DNA of 64,000 bases from assembly GCA_964035545.1 (NCBI GenBank), contig OZ037769.1, forward strand, positions 11,500,633 through 11,564,632, given 5' to 3'. The DNA is from Bugula neritina (lineage: Eukaryota; Animalia; Bryozoa). Below are positions 1 to 20,120 of this stretch, one piece after another. Below the pieces are notes generated by a model that saw nothing but the letters and a program-made list of their open reading frames with translations, was not told where the DNA came from and did not search any database. The translations under genes and the position numbers were made by a program. How positions within the stretch are numbered: the stretch's first letter is position 1; each line of letters starts with the position of its first letter.

Positions 1-8992
<8,992 letters not shown>

Positions 8993-9983
8993 GATGAGAG
9001 AACATCACTACACAACACTAGACTAAGGCAAACTCACTAACACAGTGTAGGGTACTGTGGCATCAAATAACATGGTTTATCATACAAGGAATGTACTGGT
9101 GAGAAACACTAGAGAGTGAAGAGGGCCATAAAATTGATGGCTCACACACACTAACCCAGATATTACGTATGTGAAGAGTTCTTCACTTATCAGCAAGATG
9201 ACAGAGTATCAACAAAAGGAAGAATGACAACTGGCTGACTATCATCTGAACATTGAAACCATCAAGATGATGTAATCACAGTTGAGAGATGGTGGATTGA
9301 GGAAAACTAAGCAATATAATATCCAACATCAGTTAAAATATTCCTATACGAAGTAGAACAGCATAAATTTAATAGAGTGCTCCCTCTGTATCTCGCGGTT
9401 CGCGCTCTCATGAAATTCCATAAGTCACAAGAAGGGCTTACACCCAGTTTGTGGCTTATGTATGTGTGTATTGGGAATTTAATGAATTCGGGAGTTAAAT
9501 CTGGTATTCTACTACGTCACAGACTGAGGTATCAGGACATACAACTTAGTGAGATACGGAGGGAGCACTGTAATTATTTTAGGAAATGTTAAATACACCA
9601 TTTGATATTAAAACAACTATACCATGCATGAAATAATATTTGAGCCAATGCTAAAATATAAATGTATACAATTAGCCAAACATATACAGCCATGTAGTGT
9701 AGTTGTGCATTGTATGTAAACACACATACAGTCATATAGTGTAGCTGTGTATTATTTGTTCACTAAGTAACACAAACCAAAATTTATTTAAAAGCCAAGA
9801 ATAGAAATATTCAAAACAGAACTCTTTCATATCCATCAACATTAATTTTAGTAAAATCATCAGTACATATCATGACTATTGTCTATAACCTTTGGTCCAA
9901 CATGGCTATATATAATTTAAAGAGTCAGTGCCAGTCATAGACTGAGCCCCATTACTTATCTGCTGTGTGCGCAGGTACAGAGG

Positions 9984-12900
9984 CTACAGGCGAGACATTA
10001 TATAGTTATATAAAGAAGGGCAGAGATTTCTGATGTACACTACAAGCTTGTGGTGAAATCGACCAATCAGCAAATCCGTATCATAATTGATGATAGCCTT
10101 CAGGACTGCCTTAGCACAGGTTTCTGGCGACATTCCGTTATCAATCTCCTTTGTTTGAGCTACAGAAATATGGATTTTTTTTTCAAATACCAACAGCTTG
10201 AGCCATTTATTTGTTACATGCAATGAATCTGACAGAAGAAGCTGAACTGAAAAGCAAAAACATTACTAGTTACAGTATGCAATATATTCAACGCAATATG
10301 TATGATTCGGGACACTAACAAGTAACAACTACACAGCACTCTATAATGTGTAATGAGAGGGTAGATAACTCCGTCACATTCTCACATGCACACAAAAATT
10401 GCTTACAGCTATAGAATTAATACTGTAGGGAGAAGTCATGGTGTAGTGGTTAGAGTGCTAGCAGCTAGTAAACACGAGGTCATGGGTTCAAGTACAAGCA
10501 CTAGTGTTGATGTTAGGAAGAGCACCCTGTGCCACATATGAATAAACTCTTAGCCCTTTCCATCGGGATATTTCACGGGGATAGTGACTATAAACTCACG
10601 TATGAGTTTTACAGCATTAATACTCGGCTATTCCACAACTAATAGAATATTTATACAATTATTGCCCTGAGTTGACAACTCCCACAGCCCTAGTCACAGT
10701 GAATATAATGCTAGTAAGGGTAAACCTATTCTATTCAGAACTAGATATAAGCATAAAGCTGCACACACTCCGTCATGCTGTGATGAAAATACTGACCGAA
10801 CATGGCATCCAATTGTATAACAAGTTTTGCTATCACAATACTAATAAGCAGTAGAAAATGTAATCATACAACTTTGAACATGTCAACTGCAGTGTTAAGA
10901 TTCCCCCAGTAGACTCCGCCGTTTAGTGTTTAGCACACTGGCATTGTAAGTTGGAGGCCTGAGGTCCAATTACAGGTGGGGGGGGGGTGAGAAATATTTT
11001 ACACCAACATGGCTGAATTTACCTCCTGAGCGTTCACCAGTTCCAGTGAGAGACGATTGCGCAAGGTTGGTCTTGACATAGCCTGGGCTCACCACAAGTA
11101 CATCAATGCCATTCTTCACATTCTCATGTCTCAGGCTATCAAAGAATGCTTGCAGGGCGTGCTTAGAGGCGCCATCTATTGAATAGCAAATGCAAATAAA
11201 ACCCATAACTTGTGATAATTCATCTTGTTGAGACCATAATCCTCATAAGAACGTAATGGTGAGGGCTTTACAGCTTACTGGGTAAATTACAAACTATAGT
11301 ATAGTATAGCAGTGTATAGTAAAGTATAATAAATTGTGTTATGTTATACTACACTGCACTATACTGTACTATACTATACTGTAGATTGCTGTACTACAGT
11401 ATAGTATGCTTCTATACTGCACTAGATTATAAAATAGTCTTGTAGCACATTATACAGTGTTCTCTCCTTATCTCACGGTTCCATTTCTCACAAAATTTTC
11501 TAGTCTTAAATGATACATAGTGTATAGCTCACAATGTTTGCAATGATTCTTATAAGTATGAAATGGGCTGCCCTAATATACTTGTTGACCTCTAATACTA
11601 TTTAACCTACACTAACAATAAAACACATTGAGCTCTAATAATATTTAACCTACATTAACAACAGAACACATTGACTTCTAATACTATTTAACCTACACTA
11701 ACAACAGAACACCTTGAGCTGTAATACTACACATACTTACAAGCTGATCTCTTGGGTATAGCAAATTTACCCTGCAGAGAGCTTATAGCTACAATAGTAC
11801 CTCCTTTCTGCTCTATCATATGAGGCAGTAGTCCTACAACGAGTGTGTTTATTATGACTATCATATAATGATAGTTACTAGTTAAGGCCTGGCCACACAC
11901 TCGTGAGAATCACACAAAATTTGTGTGAATATTTTTGTGAGTTATTCTCTCGTTATGACCCGCCACACACTGGTCGAACGAAGTACATAATAAATAGTCC
12001 GTGTATGAGTCTTGCACGAGATACAAACAGCAGAAAATTGCCAGACACAGAAACGTGGTAGAAAAGAAATAATCACTGTTGCTAAAATTCTATTGACTAA
12101 TCAAGTGGTGCTTATCGTTAATTGTGATTTTTCATCCATCGTCTTCGGTGGGTGCACCCAGCGAACACGATTTCGTTTGAATTCCTTCAAATTTAATCGT
12201 ACGTTTGTGTTTTTGTATCAAATTTCGTGCGATTCTCACGCGTGTGTGGCCAGGCCTTTAGTAGTCATTACCAAATCATAAAACTAAGCAGAAATATCAA
12301 ATTTGAAAAGTAAAATGTAGTAAAGAATCACAGTAATACATGCCTTTAGTCAAGGCAACCTGTCCAAAGTAATTGATATCCATAATCTTCTTATAAGTTT
12401 GCAGGTGACATTTCTCAACTCTGTCTCCACCACTGATTCCGGCATTGTTGACGAGAATGTCAACCTTGCCATATAAAGCCAACAGGGAGCTGCAAGCCTC
12501 CTCAATGGCGTCATGATCTTCAAGGTCCAAGAAGAAGCAGGCTACACTGTCTTCTGCTACCTACAGCACAATAAACATGACACACCAGCTAATGTCACTG
12601 ATGTCAACACTGGACAGGTGCTCTGCTCCACTGGTGTGAGTCTAGCTCATGATTCCTAACCGAAAAATCAAAATTTGCTGAAGAAATTATTTCCCAATGG
12701 AGGGTTTGGCTAGGCTTATCATTAAACTCAGCAAGTAACTAGCCATAAATACAAAACAATCATTCAGCTGTTAACAATATTCTATTTCATTCAATAATTG
12801 AGTAATTAGTCAGAGTAAAGTGGTAACTATAATGGCTATTTGGTAAAAAGTGCTACCTACGAGTTTAAAACCTTGCAACGACAGCCCAATAACAGTTTTA

Positions 12901-15045
12901 CTGTCACCATAATCAATTTCAGCAAATATAGGTTAAATTAAACACCCTGTACAAAAATTTATAGAATTATACAACAGTACTTAAGCTTACAGTGAAAAAT
13001 TATGTTTTTCAATGTTTGCAGATGTCAGACAGCAACACAGTTATTAAATATAATTCTATTAAAATATAATTAAATGTACCTTGTAGCTAGAGACAAGCTT
13101 CTCTTTCAGCTGCTTCAGTTTTTCAATACTTCTAGCAGCTAAAATCACTTTACAGCCTTTTTGAACGAATTCTGTGGCCAGAGCTATGAAATAATAACAG
13201 AGATTGCAACTTGACTTGTAGCATTTGTGGGAAGTAATCTAAACACCGCCATGCAGAGCTGCCATCCATGTAGATTGTCTGTATAAGCCTATTGCTATAT
13301 TACACATACAAATAAAAACGCCTCTTTTTATGCCTGTTAACATGTTCACAAAATTTTATTCGAGTGAGGCATGTCAAAATCAAGAGATCCATTGTAATTG
13401 GCACTAACTGTTATTGAGTCAATTATAATGATATAAAGGTGAGCCAATGATCTAACTAACCATAAATAATATAACCTCCAAGAGAATGTTATAAACATAA
13501 ATGTTTACTTTATAAATTATTGTCACTGTAAAAATGCATGTTTTTCATGTTATGTAAATAGAACAGTGTAAATTTTGGTGCATTGTGCATGAATTTACCT
13601 TCACCAATACCAGAACTTGCTCCTGTGATAACCACTACCTTTCCTTTCAACTGTTTTCTCTGCTTAAACAAACCTCTCAGAAGCAGAAATGAGACGATAG
13701 CAGCCCCAGCTGCAGTCAGTCCGATTTGAAGTGAGGTTTCGGGCCATTTTGGTAAGTATCGCTCTAAGAAATCCTATCCAAACAATCAGTAAAATAATAA
13801 AATAAAATATTAAAAACATGTTATTGAATGCATGCAGTTCAAAGAATACAATCCCAAACAATAGAAACTAATGTTTTATTTAGAATAGCCAATGTACAGA
13901 GCACAAAACTAGTTACAACATGAATGGGGGATTGATGGTAGATCATTGAGTGAAAGAAAAACTGTAAAAACTTTCAACAAATTTTGCCACAACTTAAATT
14001 ATAGAAAAAGTACAGGATTATATATTTCAATGTTGATTTAAACCTGATGTTGTATTGATAAACACACAGGTGCTAAAATTGATCTTTACAGCTCTAAAGA
14101 TGAATTATATATACTACTTAAGATGTTCAACGCAAATTTCACATTTAAAACACCTTTCAAATAAACATTTACTATGCTTAAAATTGTATAATTTATGATA
14201 TTACCAAATATTGACTTTTTCAAAAGTACAACAACTTCGAACTGCACTAAAGCTTTATTTAAAAAAATACCTTGAGTCTAAAACTGGAGATGTTCATATT
14301 TGTAAATTTACCGTTATAATAATGTGAAATTTTTTTGACAGCAAATTCAATCATGGTAATTTTTTTTTTAAAACAAAGGACTTTTTATGAGTTACTTTTT
14401 AACACTTAAATTAAAAAAGCATCATCAGTTTCGAAATTTTATAATTTTAAATTTTTCGAATAATTTTCATATTTCCCCACTACATAAGAATTCTTGGGAA
14501 AGAAATAGAGTGGCAAGATTCACGTAACACTTAATCATAATATTATTAAAGCTGCTGTGTTGATACATCAATGCTGTATCAAGTCAATTCTAATCAATGG
14601 TTGATCAAGTCAACAAAAATAATAAATCATACAGCTAAAAAGCTATGCTAAGTCTAAGCAGCCCGATTCTTGAATTATAATAATTTGCAAATCCGTAGAC
14701 GTAGATCTAATAGTAATACTAAACCTAATAAAAATTAGAAAATACTAAATAGTGATTAAGTGATTGTCCCTGTCATTGTCATTGTGAATCGCTGAAAGTG
14801 AATTAGAATGACTAAAAGTGAAAGTGAATGAGAGTGCGATACTGATAGTGATACTGATAGAAATCCTGATAGTCATACTGCAAGTCAAAATGAATATGAA
14901 TACCCAGACAAATTACAAAATTAAATTACAAAGTAATCAACTGCATCACTACAGTAACTGAATATTTAGGAGAAAAGTTAGGGCTTAAAATTAAATAAAA
15001 ACAAGAAAACCGATTGGCAATTGCAATTAATAAAATACCCACCAT
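9984..15045 (-). CDS. DHRS7B: Short-chain dehydrogenase/reductase, DHRS7B-like
   Basis: Exons: 15043-15045 (putative ATG|gtgggt), 13599-13773 (DFLERY..TM helix..VVVITGASSGIGE), ~13080-13183, 12344-12560 (DILVNNAG..INYFG), 11741-11833 (ISSLQG..RSAY), 11023-11175 (YGASKHALQAFFDSLR..VSPGYVKT), 9984-10159. TGxxxGxG, NNAG and YxxxK motifs are all present. The start exon is tentative. Confidence 0.9.
10428..10610 (+). mobile_element. tRNA-derived SINE
   Basis: Pol III A box tggtgtagtgg and B box ggttcaagtac, followed by a body shared with 7560-7746. Confidence 0.75.
10913..10987 (+). mobile_element. Degenerate tRNA-like SINE head
   Basis: A-box-like gtttagtgtttagcac and B-box-like ggtccaattac; no complete cloverleaf. 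Confidence 0.4.
11585..11727. repeat. 43-bp tandem repeat (~3.3 copies) next to a DHRS7B donor
   Basis: Unit ttgacctctaatactatttaacctacactaacaataaaacaca at 11585, 11628 and 11671. Confidence 0.9.
11885..12257. mobile_element. PIF/Harbinger-type MITE in a DHRS7B intron
   Basis: TIR aggcctggccacacac.cgtgagaatc / gattctcacgcgtgtgtggccaggcct with a 3-bp TTA target duplication (11882-11884 and 12258-12260). Confidence 0.9.
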
Positions 15046-18000
15046 TTTAACCACGCCTATATAATTGCGTTAATTTGACCTTGGCATCGCCAGGTTTATT
15101 TGTACTATAAAATAATTAGTTTGGGGATAACGAGGTGTTTTACTTGCATCCGAAAACAGTTGTCCTTTACTACGATTTCGAAAGACTGAAATCAACTATT
15201 TTATAAAGTAGTTCATGATACAGAGTTATCTACTTTATTAAAAGTTATTTTGACAAAGTTAAAATCTCCACAACTCATCACAATTGGTCAAGGGATATTA
15301 CTTAGACTGAGATTTTTATTCTTAATAGAAGCTATTGCTAAACTAGAATGTAATGATTCCATTTTTACTTTCACACATTTACATTTGCAGATTCAAATTG
15401 AGAAGAAATTTAGTTTTCTGCAACACACTAATCATAAATGCCTGAGTAAATGATGCTCATGATCATCTGTTGCATGATATAGAATGTTAAGTAGTAATAA
15501 AATGAATAACTCAATTGTAACTTATATTTATAACTTTGAAATTAAATATTACTATAACTAATACTAATAGTTATAGTAATAGTAAATCACTAAATCAAAA
15601 ATTAAAATGTAATACTAACACTAATAGTAATAGTAATACTATCACTATGACTATCAGTATCACTATGACGATCAGTATCACTATCAGTATCACTCTAAGT
15701 GAAAGCCTATGTTTATACTAATACTATGTCTATAGTCTTAGTCTGAGTCTATAACGATAAGTATCAGATTCAGTATGATTATCAGTATCACATTCACTAT
15801 GACTATGGTCTAGGAGTATAATTATAAACTTCAAGTTCAAGATTAAACTTAAAGTGAAGCTAAATCATGTTGATGTTAAATTCAATTTAATAATAAATTG
15901 TTATTATTATTAAATATCACTATGAGATTGAGTTTAAGTAATATTAACTTAAACTATGAGTAATTTGGTATAAGAGTTAAAAAAGATCTAGTGAAGTCGT
16001 TTAGCTGTTGTGTACGAGTATGAGTAACAATTAGTATTAACTATAAGTGACGTATAAGAATTTAGAATAAGGTTAGCTTTAAGCTTACGTGTACTTGTTA
16101 GAGGCTTATACTTGAACTTGTAATTTTTATTCATTTACTTTAAGTCTACAAATATTACTATCGGTATTAGTAATAGTATTACTCAACGTGAAATGTCTAT
16201 TTGCCATCACATATTACTATTAGCTTTAGCCTTTAGGTTGCACTTACATGTATTATACAGTTTCATTTTAAGTTACACTCACAGTTTGAGTTACTATTAA
16301 TAATAATACTAATAGTATTGTCTTAGTATAACTATAAGTATTAGTATTACTATTAGACTTAGCATTACTATTACTATTAGACTATTATACTTAGTATTAG
16401 TGTAAGTATTACTAGGTTTGCAATTACTCACCACATCATCGGCATATCTATTGCACTGATACTTATAGTAGTAATCATAGTTGCTGCTTTTAGTATTTTA
16501 GTATTTAATTTAGTTATAGTATTAGAGAGCAGTCATGGTCTACTTCTAGTGATTAGAGCACTGGCCTAATAAACGGTTACTTAATGTCATATAATGTTTC
16601 TGTCCATCAAAACAGCTCATATATTATACTATAAATTTATATTATTTTCATTTCTTTTCATTCTAAAACATAACAATTATACAATTGAGTCTCACAACGA
16701 AGTTTTCTAAAGCTATGCTGTTGGTAATGAAGGGCATGATTGTAATAATGCAAAATGTGTTACAAAATCTTTGCAGCATATTGATTGTTTGATGACTTCT
16801 TTGGGGCCATTTTTGTGGATTATATGTATATTGAAAACTTTCTTTTAGCATTTCAATCGGTAAATCAATTAATACCATGGTAATGTATGTCACACATACC
16901 ACCGAGCTGGCTCCATGTTTATACTGTAATTAAGATGTCCATTTTCAATCATTAATTCTGGGCATGGGGTTGTTATTTTCATTCTAAAAATTTATAAAAG
17001 TTCAACTTTAGCACTCAAGGTCACATTTATAGTTATTGGAATTGTGGCCACATGCATGTAAGCACACTCACTCCCAGCACTAGTTATACTTGTAATTGAA
17101 AACTAAGTTTTAAGCTTACTCTTAATTTTAGGGTTAGTTTATTAGCTATGAATGTATCTATAAAACTAAGAATGATTGTGGCTGTTGCAATTCTGAGTTT
17201 CTATGGAAAAAATATAATTAATATAGAATTAAAAAAGTTTAATTAGGCTCAAAATATTGATTATTGTATCAAATTTAGTTTTTAAATGAAATTATTTAAA
17301 ACTCTTTCAGAATAATATATATTAGATTCAACACCTGTAGGCTGTACTTTAATTGAATTATATGTTTAAAGGGTAAAGAATCAGTTAAAATAAATGCAGT
17401 TCCAATCTTGTGATTGGGATAATAATTAGCTTAAATAATTATGATATTTGGCATTATTTTCTCACTGATAACATGATAAGTACTAACAGGTTTGATCATG
17501 GGATTCATGATTATTTATTCATTTCAGCTTTCAAACTTATTGGAAGATAATTCAAATAATTAATTATATTATATGCAGTTACTTAGACTATCTTGTGATT
17601 GTATATATTGTATACAGCTGGGTTTCAAAAGTACTCAAAGTAAATGTATAAAACAACACAGTTTAAATTAACTTGTTTTTGAAACAATTAGTTTTAGGAG
17701 TCTTACAGTTTCATTTTCCGTGTACTCATAGTGCAATCTTTAAATCAAATTTGGACAAACTAGCATGATGAGTTTTATAATTTTTTTTTTAAAATTGCTG
17801 CTTGACGTAAGACTTCTGAATTTCAGTTTTCTTTATATAAATTTTTCTAAGATACTAATTTACTTATCGTTTTATAGGAATTTATCACTATTTGAACATA
17901 ACTTGATGTCCTAACTTTGAATTGCAGTAATAGTTATAGTAATATACAATATGCCATGTTTGGCAAACATAAAACAGTTATACCCTTAAAACATTTATCT

Positions 18001-18448
18001 AATATTGACAACCATTTGATAAAATGTTGTAGACATCAGTCGTGTGTTACAGAGCGAGGTCTACCTTCTTCTGCTACTGCTTTCAACAAACACTAAGACC
18101 TGAACTTAATACTCTCTGCATATGTCCACGTAGGTTGTCTCTTTGACATTATAGTATCAAGTCATCTATTTCCTGTTGCTTTTATCAGCCATATTCTATG
18201 GAAATGCTGAGAGATGACAAATATTCCATAGAGTTTTGTTTTTGAATTTTTAAATTTTTGATTATAAGTTTAGTTTTCTCATTCAACTTGTGGATTGCTG
18301 TTCCTTAAATTGTTGAAGTTTTAAAAAGAAGCAATATTGATGTATTGATAATTTTCGTGGTCTTAAAATCTGGCAACTGAATCTTTGTGACAGAACTATG
18401 TTATGAAGTTCCAACCCACGTCGTTGTATCAATATGGCACTATTACAG

Positions 18449-18932
18449 CCCAGAGTGTTACGTTATCCGTCACGTGAATGATGAGGAAGACCTGAAGAGC
18501 CTGGAGGTGGAGCTGGATGGCGCACTGAACGCTCAAACAGATATAATTATTATAGAGCCGGCAAGGCTTGGCCAGGAGACCGCCAGGTGGATATCAGTGG
18601 GGAACTTCCTTCATAAAGGTTCTGTGGTTTGCGGGGTGACGGCATGCATAGCCTCGTTTATAACTGACAGACTGAAAGTCTTAGTTCCACTAGGCTTATC
18701 TAGCTTCATCTGTGCGGGGGTGTATATGATCTCGTGGCAGTTTGACCCTTGTTGTAAATATCAGGTAGCAAAGCATATAGATTCTAGTGTAGTGCCTCTG
18801 CACCGTCTCAAAGTAACTGATCCTGTGATTTTGGTCAGGAAAGATGATAAAAGAAGAAAGATTTTACATACTGTTTTAGCCATGTTGTCTTTATCAATTT
18901 GTCTTCGTAAACTGTACAAGTCACGTTCATGA
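18449..18932 (+). CDS. TMEM11: Transmembrane protein 11, mitochondrial (main coding exon)
   Basis: ECYVI..ELDGALNAQ..IIIIEPARLGQETARWISVGNFLHK and SWQFDPCCKYQV..PVILVRKDDKRRKILH. Acceptor tattacag at 18448. Tentative upstream exons 16877-16879 (ATG) and 18033-18058 give MTSVVCYRAS-PECY. Confidence 0.95.
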
Positions 18933-20120
18933 TAGAGCTGTAAATACATATAGTATAGTTATAGTATTTAATTTCTGGAGAAGGCATTCTAGCACAGAGC
19001 ATGTGGTTAGGTGTTGGTGTTAATGGTTTATTGTTTTTAGTTATAATTTTTTTTTCAATTTTCTAATAAAATAAATATCTTGACATAATGAATGCTATTT
19101 CTAGTTTATACCAGTCGTGATTGAGAGCCCATGTACCCAAATATTCATAACAGCAATAATTTGAAAAACACTCGGTTTTAAACATTAATGGCTTTATTAT
19201 CAAAATAAACACATTTTACTGGGTATTTTTATAATTGATGTCAATGTTGACCAGAGTAATATGGGACAATTTTTAAATGTATTAGTTATTAGCTGGGTGT
19301 TATTTGTTATTTAGTTTGATCAAGAGTGCCTCATCTATGAAAAGTGTATAAGAATAATAAGATGCAATAGGAATAGTCTTGCAAAGCTTATGCAGAGCCA
19401 GGCCACTAAAGTTTCAGCTAAATTAGTTATTCTATAATCTTGCATGAAACTTGAAGTGCTTTCACATCATAAAGCTCAGCTAGTTTCCTTCCAACTGCAT
19501 TACTATATGAAGCAACTTTGGATTTAAAGTGAAGAACAAGACAAAAGTGCCTTAGTAGTAAATTACCAAACGGGGCGTTTATAATACATTAACCATATAC
19601 TTGAATTTAAAAAGCTATCTCTCAATGAAGATTCTACCACTTTTGCTATATTTTGACATTCTATAGAAACAGGGCTTTTTTTTACTTGTTTATTACCTAC
19701 AGTAATTTAACAAATGCTACTGGAATAATTTGTCCGTCAAGTTATGAATGTATAATAACACAAAATGTTAACATTTTCTTGCTAGATATAGTTTCAAGTT
19801 TTTAAGAAAAGCTGTAAAATTGCAAATTCGGACTTAGTCTTAGGAATTTAGATAAATTTTGAAATTTTCATAGCATAAATTTAGCATATGCATGGCAAAA
19901 ATTTAATTTGCTATAGCTTTACCATCTCATGTAATAGTGTTGTGCTATAGAATTCTTTTCAATGCTCTTGCATAATATTCTAATAACTCAATATACTACA
20001 TATATAAATGATTAATAAACTTTAAAAAATTCACTCCCACTGAAATACAAATACACTGAAATGTATGAGAGAAATATACCAATATGAGGTCAAGGTTACT
20101 TGAATAAAAATAGTGTGGGA

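Noticed and set aside
10428-10505. Possible tRNA gene
   Set aside because: A and B boxes are present but there is no acceptor stem or cloverleaf, and the sequence continues into a repeated SINE body.
18387-18448. GTG-initiated N-terminal extension of TMEM11
   Set aside because: A good acceptor lies at 18448 where similarity begins, so the upstream part is most likely intron.
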